Origin: Acidimicrobiia bacterium
GTDB taxonomy: Bacteria > Actinomycetota > Acidimicrobiia > IMCC26256 > PALSA-555
Assembly: GCA_038321755.1 (NCBI GenBank)
Contig: JBBQFJ010000001.1
Span: forward strand, 22,584 to 86,583
Direction of reading: 5' to 3'
DNA length: 64,000 nucleotides
Part shown: positions 55,117-64,000 of the stretch, in pieces
Layout: each line of letters opens with the position of its first letter
Position numbering within the stretch: the first letter of the stretch is position 1
Made by a program: the position numbers and the translations under genes
Notes under the pieces: generated by a model
Seen by the model: the letters and a program-made list of their open reading frames with translations, nothing else
Told to the model about the DNA's origin: nothing
Databases searched by the model: none

Positions 55117-56706
55117 TCAGATCTCGAGGACGACGCCTTCGGTGGGGCCGAGGACGAGTGTGCCGTCGACGTGCTCACCGTCACGACCGCGGTTCGTGCA
55201 GATCCGCACGGTGCCGAGCACGTCGTCGAGCGTGACGGGCGCATCGCCGAAGTTGAGCACGACGAGGACGCCGTCGCCGCGACGCCAGGCCCACAGCTCG
55301 CCCGTTGTGTCGAGCACCTGGTAGTCGCCGTCGCGCAGGTCGACGAGCTCGCGCCGCAGCGCGACGAGGTCACGGGTCAGGTGCAACGTCGAGTCGGGGT
55401 CAACCTTCTGGTCCGCAACATTGCACTCTTCGAACACGCCGAACGGGAGCCACGGCTCGACACCAGGATCGGTGAAGCCGGCTCCGGGACCGGGCGCCCA
55501 CTGCATTGGAGTGCGCGCGGCATCGCGATTGAGGAACGGCTGCAGCCTGATCGTCACCGGATCGAGCAACCGATCGATCGGCACCTCGGTGTCGGGCATG
55601 CCGAGCTCGTCGCCGTAGTAGAGGAACGTGGCGCCCCGCAGGGTCAGCAGCATCATGAGCGTGACGCGCGACTTGTCACGATCGCCGCGCGCCCAGCGAG
55701 TGGGGAACCGCGAGACGTCATGGTTGCTGCCCGCCCACACCGGAGGGCAGTTGGCGGGGATCGTCGCTTCCGTCTCGGCCACGAGTGCGCGCAGCGTGGG
55801 CACGTCGAAGGGTGTCGTGAGGAACGGGATGTTGAACGCCAGTCCCAGCTCGTCGCCGACGCCGTAGTACGGGATGAGCTGGTCGATGTGCTCGACGAAC
55901 GTCTCACCGACGAGCAGCTTCGGTGGGTCGTACTCGTTCGCGATCGCACGCCACCGGCGGTGCACGTCGTGCACCTCGGGACGGTTCGACGTGTACGTCG
56001 CGGTCTGGCCGAGCAGCTGCTCCATCGCGGAGTCGTCGGGTGTCGCGGTTGGGTTGTCGCGCAGCTCGCGGTCCTTCACGATCATGTGGGCGACATCGAT
56101 GCGGAACCCCGCGATTCCCCGGTCGAACCACGAGCGGAGGATGTCGTCGAACGCGGCGCGCACGTCGTCGCTCCACCAGTTCAGGTCGGCCTGGGAGTCC
56201 AGGAAGTTGTGCAGGAACATCTGCGGCGCAACACCGGTTTCTGGTGTCGGCTCGAGCTCCCACGCCGAGCCCGTGAACACGCTCACCCAGTTGTTCGGTG
56301 GGCCACCATCGGCAGCCCGATCCGCGAACACGAACCAGTCACGGTGCTCGGCGTCGCGCGACGTGCACGCGTCGACGAACCAGGAGTGCGCGTTGCTCGT
56401 GTGGTTCGGCACGAGGTCGAGCAGGACCTTGATCCCGAGTCGTGAGGCCTCCGCCAGGAGCGCGTCGAGGTCGTCCGAGGTCCCGAGATCGGGATGCACC
56501 CCGAGATAGTCGGCGACGTCGTAGCCCCAGTCCGCGTTCGGCGACGGGAACGTGGGCGAGATCCACAACACGTCGATCCCGAGCCACTCGAGGTGATCGA
56601 GATGGGCGGTGATGCCGGGAAGGTCGCCGATGCCGTCGCCGTTCGAGTCCGCGAACGACCGCGGATAGATCTGATAGCCGACCGAGTCGTGCCACCACTG
56701 CGTCAT
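55117..56706 (-). CDS. GH13 alpha-glucosidase / oligo-1,6-glucosidase family
   Basis: 529 aa. Segments WWHDSVGYQIYPRSFADSNGDGIGDL, DLVPNHTS, GFRIDVAHM, VGETF and SNHD are the GH13 conserved regions I-IV. Confidence 0.85.
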   Translation of the reverse strand: MTQWWHDSVGYQIYPRSFADSNGDGIGDLPGITAHLDHLEWLGIDVLWISPTFPSPNADWGYDVADYLGVHPDLGTSDDLDALLAEASRLGIKVLLDLVPNHTSNAHSWFVDACTSRDAEHRDWFVFADRAADGGPPNNWVSVFTGSAWELEPTPETGVAPQMFLHNFLDSQADLNWWSDDVRAAFDDILRSWFDRGIAGFRIDVAHMIVKDRELRDNPTATPDDSAMEQLLGQTATYTSNRPEVHDVHRRWRAIANEYDPPKLLVGETFVEHIDQLIPYYGVGDELGLAFNIPFLTTPFDVPTLRALVAETEATIPANCPPVWAGSNHDVSRFPTRWARGDRDKSRVTLMMLLTLRGATFLYYGDELGMPDTEVPIDRLLDPVTIRLQPFLNRDAARTPMQWAPGPGAGFTDPGVEPWLPFGVFEECNVADQKVDPDSTLHLTRDLVALRRELVDLRDGDYQVLDTTGELWAWRRGDGVLVVLNFGDAPVTLDDVLGTVRICTNRGRDGEHVDGTLVLGPTEGVVLEI

Positions 56707-56725
56707 GCGCGCAGCGTATGTGCAG

Positions 56726-56810
56726 CGGAGGGGGTGGGATTCGAACCCACGGAGGCTTGCACCTCAGCGGTTTTCAAGACCGCGCCATTCGGCCGCTCTG
56801 GCACCCCTCC
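56726..56810 (-). tRNA. tRNA-Ser (anticodon UGA)
   Basis: Reverse complement GGAGGGGTGCCAGAGCGGCCGAATGGCGCGGTCTTGAAAACCGC...GTGGGTTCGAATCCCACCCCCTCCG. Anticodon arm GCGGT-CTTGAAA-ACCGC and a long variable arm. No encoded CCA. Confidence 0.9.
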
Positions 56811-56829
56811 CGAGGAGCAAGCGTACGCG

Positions 56830-58077
56830 TCAGCGCGGTTCGACCCGGTCGAACCCCGTGATCGCGCGCAGCACGTCGGGCACGACGAGCGCACCGTCCT
56901 CCTGGTAGTGCTCCCAGAGGAAGACGAGGGTGCGGCCGACGGCGCAGGCGGTGCCGTTGAGGGTGTGCACGTAGCTGCTGCCGTCCGCACCCTTGACGCG
57001 CGTGTCGAGGCGGCGGGCGGAGAAGTCGCGGTAGTTCGAGCACGACGTGAGCTCGCGGTATCGCCCCTCCGACGGAAGCCACACCTCGAGGTCGTACTTC
57101 TTCGCGGCGGCAGCACCGAGATCGCCGGCCGCGATGTTCACGACGCGGTACGGCAGACCCAACCCGCCCACGATCGACTCCTCGATCGCCAGGATCCGCT
57201 CGTGCTCGTCGTCCGACGCTTCTGGCTGCGCGTAGGTGAACATCTCGACCTTGTCGAACTGGTGCACGCGGAAGACGCCGGTCGTGTCCTTGCCGTGCGT
57301 GCCGGCCTCACGACGGAAACACGTCGAGATCCCGGCGTACCGGGCGGGGAGCGCGTCGCCGGTCAGTCGTTCGCCGCGGTGCAACGTCGAGAGCGGGACC
57401 TCGCTGGTTCCGACGAGGAACAGCTCGCCGTCGTCGACGTCGTACACCTGGCTGCGATCCGTCGGGAAGAAGCCGGCCTCCACCATCGCGTCCTCGCGCA
57501 CGAGCACCGGCGGGATCACCGGGGTGAAGCCCTCGGTGACGAGTCGGCCGATCACCCACTGCACCAGCGCGAGCTCGAGGAGCACCGCCTCACGCATGAG
57601 CGACGCGAACCGCGACCCGCTCGACTCGGTCGCGTGGCGTGTCTCGACGAAGCCCAGCGACTCGGCAAGTGCCGCGTGGTCGAGAGGAGGTGCCGCAGTC
57701 GTGTCGCCCACGACCCGCAGCACTTCACCGTCGTCTTCGCCGCCATCCGGAACCGATGCGTCGGCCGGGTTCGGCACCTGGAGCGCCAGCTCACGAACCT
57801 GCGCATCGAGCGCCGCGAGATCGCGCTCCGCGGCCTGCAGCTCCTCCTTGCGCGTGCTCGCCTCGGCGAGCTTGGCCGGGCGCGCGTCCGGAGTGGCTGC
57901 ACCGACCTCCTTCGACGCGGCCTTCTGCCGCGACCGGAGGGCATCGACCGCGGTCTGCTGCGCGCGTTGCCGGGCGTCGGCTTCGAGGACGGCGTCGACC
58001 AGGCCCGCGGGGACCCGCTTGCGCTCGATGGCCTCGCGGACGTCGGGCTCGTCGCGCAGGCGGCGCAGGTCGATCAT
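56830..58077 (-). CDS. serS: serine--tRNA ligase
   Basis: ATG at 58077 ([12 protein letters not shown]...). Coiled-coil N-domain and class II motifs (FRREAG, GTACAVGRTLV). The ATG overlaps the pheA stop (ATGA). Confidence 0.92.
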   Translation of the reverse strand: MIDLRRLRDEPDVREAIERKRVPAGLVDAVLEADARQRAQQTAVDALRSRQKAASKEVGAATPDARPAKLAEASTRKEELQAAERDLAALDAQVRELALQVPNPADASVPDGGEDDGEVLRVVGDTTAAPPLDHAALAESLGFVETRHATESSGSRFASLMREAVLLELALVQWVIGRLVTEGFTPVIPPVLVREDAMVEAGFFPTDRSQVYDVDDGELFLVGTSEVPLSTLHRGERLTGDALPARYAGISTCFRREAGTHGKDTTGVFRVHQFDKVEMFTYAQPEASDDEHERILAIEESIVGGLGLPYRVVNIAAGDLGAAAAKKYDLEVWLPSEGRYRELTSCSNYRDFSARRLDTRVKGADGSSYVHTLNGTACAVGRTLVFLWEHYQEDGALVVPDVLRAITGFDRVEPR

Positions 58078-59030
58078 TCGGGACGGACCTGCGCGCGCAG
58101 CCCCTCGACCCAGTCGCTCGCACCCTTCCACGCCTCCGTCGCGACGCGCCGTCGTTCGGGCGCGGCGGCGCCGGCCACCGGATAGGAGCCCAGGAACTTC
58201 ACCTCGGCCTGGTGGGCCAGGAGATGGCGCAGGCAGTCGGCGACGATCTCGTCCTTGATGTGTCCCTCGATGTCGATGAAGAAGCAGTACTGACCGAGCC
58301 CGCGCTTGGTCGGGCGGGACTCGAGCTTCGTCAGATCGATGCCGCGCGCCGCGAACTCCTGGAGGATCGCGAGCAGCGAACCGGGTCGGTTCTCACGCTG
58401 GAAGCAGACGATGGAGGTCTTGTCGTGTCCGGTCGGCGCGGGGATGCCACGGCCGACGACCACGAATCGCGTCTCGTTCTCGGGATGGTCTTCGATCTCC
58501 GACGCGAGCACCTCGAGGCCGAAGAGCTCGGCGCCGCGTGCCGTCCCGATCGACGCGCGCTCGTTCCCGGGCGCGTCCGCGACCTGCTGCGCGGCATCGC
58601 CCGTGGAGTTCGCGGCCACGAGCTCGACGTCGGGCAGCTCCGCCCCCAGCCACCCGCGCGACTGCGCGAGCGGGTTCGGGTGCGAGATGACGGTCCGCAC
58701 CTCCTCGAGCGTCGTTCCCGGCTTCACGCACAGGTGCAGGGAGACCGGCAGGTCCACCTCGCGCTGGATCAGGAGGTCGGTGTCGAACGCGAGCGTGTCG
58801 ATGGTGACGGTGATCGTTCCCTCGATCGAGTTCTCGATCGGCACGAGGCCGAGGTCGACCTCACCGCGTTCCACGGCACTGATCACCTGGGGGACCGTCC
58901 GCAGTGGGACCGGCTCGCCCGCGGCGAGGTCGGGCTGGGTGTGGAGCGCCTCGTCCGCGAACGTGCCGCGGGGCCCGAGGAAACCGACGCGGGTCACGAC
59001 GATCGATGGTAGTGGGCAACCTCCCGACAT
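58074..59030 (-). CDS. pheA: prephenate dehydratase
   Basis: Segments [31 protein letters not shown] and the ACT-domain ESRP motif (LESRPTK). The start is uncertain: ATG at 59030 or GTG at 58997. Confidence 0.85.
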   Translation of the reverse strand: MSGGCPLPSIVVTRVGFLGPRGTFADEALHTQPDLAAGEPVPLRTVPQVISAVERGEVDLGLVPIENSIEGTITVTIDTLAFDTDLLIQREVDLPVSLHLCVKPGTTLEEVRTVISHPNPLAQSRGWLGAELPDVELVAANSTGDAAQQVADAPGNERASIGTARGAELFGLEVLASEIEDHPENETRFVVVGRGIPAPTGHDKTSIVCFQRENRPGSLLAILQEFAARGIDLTKLESRPTKRGLGQYCFFIDIEGHIKDEIVADCLRHLLAHQAEVKFLGSYPVAGAAAPERRRVATEAWKGASDWVEGLRAQVRPE

Positions 59031-59075
59031 CCGTGGGGCGTTTCGCCCGGCGCGTCGGGTTTCAGGAACAGGTGA

Positions 59076-59816
59076 TCACGAGCCTTGGCGGGCGGCGATC
59101 GCCGCGCCGACGATGCCGGCGTCGTTCAGGAGCTTCGCCGGCACGACCTCGGCCCGAGTCTTCAGGAGCGGCAGGAACTTCTCGGACTTCTTGCTGATCC
59201 CGCCACCGATCACGATGAGGTCGGGCCAGAGGAGCGCTTCGAGGTGCTCGAAGTACTCGTTGAGGCGCTTGGCCCACTGCTTCCACGAGAGCTGCTTGAA
59301 CTCACGGACGAGCTCCGACGCGCGGCGCTCGGCGTCCTTGCCGCGGATCTGGAGATGCCCGAGCTCGGTGTTCGGGATCAGCGCGCCGTCGGAGAACACC
59401 GCGCTGCCGATGCCCGTCCCGAGCGTCACCACGACGACGGTGCCCGTGCGGTGCTGACCCGCACCGAACTCCATCTCGGCGATCCCCGCTGCGTCGGCGT
59501 CGTTGACGACCGTCGCCTGCGCGCCGGTCACCTTCGAGAACAGCGCGGCCGCGTCGGTCCCGATCCACGACTTGTCGACGTTGGCTGCGGTCGCGATCAC
59601 GCCTCGCTGCACGACGGCAGGAAAGGTCGCACCGATCGGACCGGTCCAGTCGAAGTGCTTGGCGATGTCGGCCACGACCTCGGCGACGGCATCGGGGGTC
59701 GCCGGCTTCGGGGTGAGGATCCGCTGGCGCGCGGTGATGAGCTGGCCGGCGCGCGTGTCGCACGGCGCGCCCTTGATGCCGGTCCCACCGATGTCGATCC
59801 CGAGAATGTTGGCCAT
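59076..59816 (-). CDS. ppgK: polyphosphate glucokinase (ROK family)
   Basis: 246 aa. Segments [31 protein letters not shown] and IVIGGGIS are typical of actinobacterial PpgK. Confidence 0.85.
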   Translation of the reverse strand: MANILGIDIGGTGIKGAPCDTRAGQLITARQRILTPKPATPDAVAEVVADIAKHFDWTGPIGATFPAVVQRGVIATAANVDKSWIGTDAAALFSKVTGAQATVVNDADAAGIAEMEFGAGQHRTGTVVVVTLGTGIGSAVFSDGALIPNTELGHLQIRGKDAERRASELVREFKQLSWKQWAKRLNEYFEHLEALLWPDLIVIGGGISKKSEKFLPLLKTRAEVVPAKLLNDAGIVGAAIAARQGS

Positions 59817-59837
59817 GTCGTCATCCTTCCACCACCG

Positions 59838-60842
59838 TTACGGTGCCGCGACGGCGTCGCCTCCGTGCGACAGGATCCCGGACGAGTCCACGAGGCCCCG
59901 GCGGGAGCGGAAGTCTCGCAGGGTGTAGCCGGTGACGACGGCCGGTGCGCCGGCCGCCCGGGCGGTTGCGGCACGTCGGAGCCCGAACATCGGTGCGAGC
60001 TCGCCGAAGTAGCCGCCGACCTCGATCACCGTGAGGAGCTCCTCGGCATCGTCGACGAGCTCGCGCACGATCTCGACTTCTCCACCATCCACCTCGTACA
60101 CGAGATCTCCGACATCGCCCTGCCGGAACAGGACCTGGCCCGCCGCGAGCTCCACGCGCTCGGGCGGCCGCGACTCGGCGCCGGCCGCCCGTGGGGTGAG
60201 CTCGACCACCCGGTCCGCGAGCGGGAGCAACCGCTCGTCGTGCGTGGCGATCACCACGATGCGTCCGGGCGCCGCGAGGTCGCGCAGCAGCCGGATGACC
60301 CCATCCACCTGCACGTAGTCGAGCGACGCCGTCGGCTCGTCGGCCACGATCAGCGGCGGATCGAGTGCCAGCGCTCGGGCGATGGCGACGCGTTGCTGCT
60401 GGCCCCCCGACATCATGCGCGGCTTGTGTCCCATCCGGTCCTCGAGCCCGACCATCGTCAACAGCTCCTCCGCCCGGGCGCGAGCGACGCTCCGGGACGT
60501 GCCCGCGTTGCGCAACGAGACGGAGACGTTTTCGCGCGCAGTGAGGCTGGGGATCAGGTTGAACGCCTGGAAGACGACGCCGACCGTGTGGCGGCGGTAC
60601 TCGGTGAGCGCGTTGCCCTTCAGCGCGGTGACGTCGATGTCGCCGACCGTGATCGTTCCGGCCGTGGGGGTCAGCAGCGAAGCGAGCATCGAGAGGAGCG
60701 TCGACTTCCCGCAGCCACTCGCGCCGAGCAGCAGGACGAGCTCGCCAGTGCCGAGCTCGAGGTTGAAGCCGTCGAACGGGCGGACGACGTAGCCGCCACT
60801 CGAGTACTCCATCGTCAAGTCGCGGATCGAGATGTCGGGCAT
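59838..60842 (-). CDS. ABC transporter ATP-binding protein fused to a C-terminal cyclic-nucleotide-binding domain
   Basis: ATG at 60842 (MPDISIRDL...). Walker A GASGCGKST, signature MSGGQQQR, Walker B LIVADEPT. The C-terminal ~110 aa then read GQVLFRQGDVGDLVYEVDGGEVEIV...GGYFGELAPMFGLRRAATARA (cNMP beta-roll and phosphate-binding cassette). Confidence 0.8.
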   Translation of the reverse strand: MPDISIRDLTMEYSSGGYVVRPFDGFNLELGTGELVLLLGASGCGKSTLLSMLASLLTPTAGTITVGDIDVTALKGNALTEYRRHTVGVVFQAFNLIPSLTARENVSVSLRNAGTSRSVARARAEELLTMVGLEDRMGHKPRMMSGGQQQRVAIARALALDPPLIVADEPTASLDYVQVDGVIRLLRDLAAPGRIVVIATHDERLLPLADRVVELTPRAAGAESRPPERVELAAGQVLFRQGDVGDLVYEVDGGEVEIVRELVDDAEELLTVIEVGGYFGELAPMFGLRRAATARAAGAPAVVTGYTLRDFRSRRGLVDSSGILSHGGDAVAAP

Positions 60843-61885
60843 CACGCGCCTCCGAACGCCGCGGCCGGATCGGTCTTCAGCGCACGTCGCACGCCGGTGA
60901 GGCTCGCGAGGACGCCGACGAGGATCGCGATGATCGCGAGCTGGATGATCGAGCTCGATCCGATCTCCGCCGGGAACGGCAGACCCAGGCTGAGCACCTT
61001 CGCGAGCGCGATGGCAAGGAGCGCGGCGACGAGTGCGAGGAGGATCGCCTGGATGAGCAGGCCGCCGACGATGACCCGCGTCGGAGCACCGGTCGCCTTG
61101 AACACGGCGAAGTCGCGCACGCGCTCGAGTGCCGTCAGGTAGATGATCGAGCCGATGATCCCCGCTGCGATGAACCACAGCATGATGCTCGTGAAGTCGA
61201 TGGTCTGGACACCGTTCTTGATCGGCCGCTCCATGTCGGTGATGCCCTGCGCGTTCGTCCGAACCGCGAGCCGCGGCGGCACGTCCTGGAGACTGCCCCG
61301 GACCGCGATCGCCATCGCGAGAGGCTCGCCCAGGAACGTGAGCCGCTGCGCGTCTTCCACCGAGAGGTAGACGGTCGGCGTCCCGAAGTTGAACTGGCCC
61401 CCGTCCGTCGACCCGACGACACGAAACGGCCGGCCGCCGATGCTGATCCGATCGCCCACCGAAGCATCGACCGATGCTCCGACGACGACCTCGCCGCTCC
61501 TCTTGAGGGCGCGACCCTCGGAGACTTCAGGCTTGCCGAGACCGCCCGGGACGTACCCGATCAGGTTCGCGTCCTTGTCCGCGGCGTCGAGCACCGTCCG
61601 ACTGACGACGACGGGATCAGCCCGCTCGACCCCCGGCTGGCCTCGCAATGCGTCGGCCACGTCGGAGGGGATGAGCTTGGTCGTGGTGAACGGACCGGTC
61701 GCGCCCGAGGAGACGACCCACCGATCGGCGGCAAACGAGTCGACCACCCGGGCACCCTCGTTCTGCACCGCCTGCTTCACGCCGTCGAACATCAGCGCGA
61801 TCCCGAAGACCAGCGCGGTGACCGCCACGGCGATGAGGAACCGACGAAGGCGGTACTGGAGATCCCGAAGACTGATCAGCCACAT
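60842..61885 (-). CDS. ABC transporter permease, FtsX/MacB-type
   Basis: 347 aa: N-terminal TM, periplasmic-type domain, then a C-terminal 3-TM FtsX module. The stop shares one base with the ATPase ATG (TGATG). Confidence 0.8.
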   Translation of the reverse strand: MWLISLRDLQYRLRRFLIAVAVTALVFGIALMFDGVKQAVQNEGARVVDSFAADRWVVSSGATGPFTTTKLIPSDVADALRGQPGVERADPVVVSRTVLDAADKDANLIGYVPGGLGKPEVSEGRALKRSGEVVVGASVDASVGDRISIGGRPFRVVGSTDGGQFNFGTPTVYLSVEDAQRLTFLGEPLAMAIAVRGSLQDVPPRLAVRTNAQGITDMERPIKNGVQTIDFTSIMLWFIAAGIIGSIIYLTALERVRDFAVFKATGAPTRVIVGGLLIQAILLALVAALLAIALAKVLSLGLPFPAEIGSSSIIQLAIIAILVGVLASLTGVRRALKTDPAAAFGGA

Positions 61886-62036
61886 CGCCGCCGTCCGATC
61901 GTTGCTGTCGAAGTTGGGACCATACGGGAAATCCCGGCTCCGCTCCGGACTCTTGCCGTGGGACCATGGCTCGCCCCACCATGGGCAGTCACGTACACGG
62001 GCCAGGGCGGCCGCGTGTCAGCAGCGAGGGGTCGAG

Positions 62037-63050
62037 ATGCAGCTCGGAATGATCGGACTCGGTCGGATGGGGGCGAACCTCGTCCGACGGCTGATGCGCG
62101 ACGGTCACGAGTGCGTCGCGTACGACGTGAGCGCAGACGCCGTGCAGGCACTCGAGCGCGAGGGCGCCGGCGGCGCGACCAAGATCGAGGACTTCGTCGC
62201 GAAGCTCGAGAAGCCTCGAGCCGTCTGGATCATGGTGCCGGCCGCAGTCGTCGACTCGACGCTCGCGCAGCTCGTCCCATTGCTCGACGAGGGCGACATC
62301 GTCATCGACGGCGGCAACTCCTACTACCACGACGACATCCGCCGGGCCGGCGAGCTGCAGAAGAGCGGCGTCCACTACGTCGACGTCGGGACGAGCGGCG
62401 GTGTGTTCGGCCTCGACCGCGGCTTCTGTCTCATGATCGGTGGCGAGGACGACGTCGTGTCGCGCCTCGACCCGATCTTCGCAACCATCGCGCCGGGCGT
62501 CGACAGCGCAGAGCGCACGCCGGGCAAGACCGGCACGCCGAGTCAGGCCGAGCAGGGGTACCTGCACTGCGGTCCGAACGGCGCCGGCCACTTCGTGAAG
62601 ATGGTGCACAACGGCATCGAGTACGGCCTCATGGCCGCGTACGCCGAGGGTCTCAACATCCTCCAGCACGCGAACGCCGGCGCGACGAAGCGCGACGTCG
62701 ACGCCGAGACGACGCCGCTCCGCAACCCCGAGCTGTACCAGTACGACCTGAACATCCCGGATGTCGCCGAGGTGTGGCGTCGCGGCAGCGTCGTCGCTTC
62801 GTGGCTGCTCGACCTCGCGGCGCACGCCTTCAGCGAGTCGCCCCAGCTCGCCGACTTCGAGGGCCGCGTGTCGGACTCCGGCGAAGGGCGCTGGACGATC
62901 CTGGCGGCGGTCGACGAGGGAGTCCCCGCACCCGTGCTCTCCGCGGCACTCTTCGAGCGGTTCACCTCGCGAGGGGAAGCCGACTTCGCGGACCGGATCC
63001 TCTCCGCGATGCGCAAGGAGTTCGGTGGGCACGACGAGAAGAAGGCCTGA
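62037..63050 (+). CDS. gnd: 6-phosphogluconate dehydrogenase, decarboxylating (short form)
   Basis: ATG at 62037 within track ORF 61389..63050. Segments [27 protein letters not shown] and [13 protein letters not shown]. Confidence 0.85.
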   Translation: MQLGMIGLGRMGANLVRRLMRDGHECVAYDVSADAVQALEREGAGGATKIEDFVAKLEKPRAVWIMVPAAVVDSTLAQLVPLLDEGDIVIDGGNSYYHDDIRRAGELQKSGVHYVDVGTSGGVFGLDRGFCLMIGGEDDVVSRLDPIFATIAPGVDSAERTPGKTGTPSQAEQGYLHCGPNGAGHFVKMVHNGIEYGLMAAYAEGLNILQHANAGATKRDVDAETTPLRNPELYQYDLNIPDVAEVWRRGSVVASWLLDLAAHAFSESPQLADFEGRVSDSGEGRWTILAAVDEGVPAPVLSAALFERFTSRGEADFADRILSAMRKEFGGHDEKKA

Positions 63051-63057
63051 CGAGCTG

Positions 63058-64000
63058 ATGAAGAAGCCTCCGAAATCCGACGCGCTCGTCTTCTTCGGGA
63101 TGACCGGCGACCTCGCGCACAAGAAGATCTTCCCGGCGCTGTACCAGATGACGAAGAAGGGCGACCTCACGGTGCCCGTCGTCGGTGTCGCGTCGACGCC
63201 CTGGACGCGCGAGCAGCTCCTCGATCGGGCCCGTGATGGCATCGAGCAGTTCGGGGGAGGGGTCGACGACGAGGCGGCCTTCACGAGGCTCGCCGCAGCG
63301 CTGTCGTACGTCGATGGCGACTACAACGACATCGCCACGTTCACCCAGCTGTTCGGCGTGTTGCAGGGCGCCAAGCGGCCGGCGCACTACCTCGCGATCC
63401 CGCCGAGCCTCTTCCCGACCGTGGTGCAGAACCTCGGGCAATCGGGCTGCGGGAAAGACGCGCGCGTGATCGTCGAGAAGCCGTTCGGACGCGACCTCGC
63501 CTCCGCGCAGGAGCTCAACCGGGTCCTGCACTCGGTCTTCCCCGAGAAGAGCATCTTCCGGATCGACCACTACCTGGGCAAGGAAGCCATCCAGAACATC
63601 CTCTACTTCCGCTTCGCGAACGCGCTCCTCGAACCGATCTGGAACCGCAACTACATCCGCCAGGTGCAGGTCACGATGGCGGAGGACTTCGGCGTCGAAG
63701 GTCGCGGCTCCTTCTACGAGGAAGTCGGCGCGCTGCGCGACGTGGTGCAGAACCACCTCATGCAGACCTGTGCGCTCCTCGCGATGGAGCCGCCGATCGG
63801 TTCGCACGTCGAAGAGCTGCGCGACGCCAAGGAGAAGGTCTTCAGCGCGATGTGCACCCTGACACCCGACGACCTCGTGCGCGGCCAGTTCGACGGCTAC
63901 CGCAAGGAAGAGGGTGTGGCGAAGGACTCCGACGTGGAGACGTTCGCGGCCGTCCGCCTGCACATCGACTCGTGGCGTTGGGCCGGGGTCCCGTTCTACC
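63058..64000 (+). CDS. zwf: glucose-6-phosphate dehydrogenase, N-terminal ~314 codons (continues past the window end)
   Basis: Not in the track (no stop in the window). Translation from the ATG at 63058 gives [27 protein letters not shown] and the active-site RIDHYLGKE. Confidence 0.9.
   Translation, partial: MKKPPKSDALVFFGMTGDLAHKKIFPALYQMTKKGDLTVPVVGVASTPWTREQLLDRARDGIEQFGGGVDDEAAFTRLAAALSYVDGDYNDIATFTQLFGVLQGAKRPAHYLAIPPSLFPTVVQNLGQSGCGKDARVIVEKPFGRDLASAQELNRVLHSVFPEKSIFRIDHYLGKEAIQNILYFRFANALLEPIWNRNYIRQVQVTMAEDFGVEGRGSFYEEVGALRDVVQNHLMQTCALLAMEPPIGSHVEELRDAKEKVFSAMCTLTPDDLVRGQFDGYRKEEGVAKDSDVETFAAVRLHIDSWRWAGVPFY

Noticed and set aside
62037-64000. Treating gnd-zwf as unusual.
   Set aside because: It is the standard oxidative pentose-phosphate gene pairing. 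opcA and pgl may lie beyond the window end, so nothing anomalous can be concluded.

Overview
This is a high-GC (roughly 70%), very gene-dense chromosomal segment of actinobacterial type. Supporting markers are F420/LLM enzymes, DinB/mycothiol-type domains, the SCO1664/DUF3090/MSMEG_4193 trio, DUF3499, ppgK and serS-pheA synteny.

I call about 66 protein-coding genes, two of them partial at the window edges, and 3 tRNAs: Arg-ACG, Ser-GCU and Ser-UGA, all on the minus strand. I see no rRNA, CRISPR array, transposase, integrase, phage gene or recognisable defence gene.

Content is mostly core metabolism and transport:
- Metal and ion transport, glycosylation: copper P-type ATPase, NhaA, an FAAL plus GT-C glycosyltransferase pair, gmd.
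- Nucleotide and lipid metabolism: purE and a fatty-acid beta-oxidation set.
- Transporters and envelope: two MacB/FtsX-type ABC systems, lgt, a TetR-MFS operon, and a UbiB kinase.
- Catabolic locus: a Rieske-oxygenase / amino-acid ABC importer / mmsA cluster.
- Small-molecule enzymes: amidase, DJ-1 and VOC genes, and glyoxylate-related genes.
- Carbohydrate and translation genes: a GH13 glucosidase, serS-pheA-ppgK, and gnd-zwf.

Many adjacent genes share GTGA/ATGA start-stop overlaps.

The points most worth a second look:
1. A reductase-less, regulator-less Rieske / CrtI-like / ABC / MmsA catabolic locus.
2. An FtsX-type ABC transporter whose ATPase is fused to a cyclic-nucleotide-binding domain.
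3. The conserved but functionally unknown SCO1664-DUF3090-phosphomutase trio.
4. A 450-nt leader upstream of a cell-wall lytic-transglycosylase-like gene, a possible riboswitch.
5. A recurring class of 11-17 bp tandem duplications sitting on gene junctions or N-terminal coding regions.
6. Clean operator-like palindromes upstream of copA (CsoR-like) and of the TetR-MFS operon.

I did not find a clear-cut novel multi-gene system such as a defence island or a biosynthetic cluster with core enzymes.

Limits: all family assignments come from motif and sequence recall, with no searches run. CDS coordinates are anchored to the supplied ORF track. Coordinates of non-ORF features may be off by 1-2 nt.
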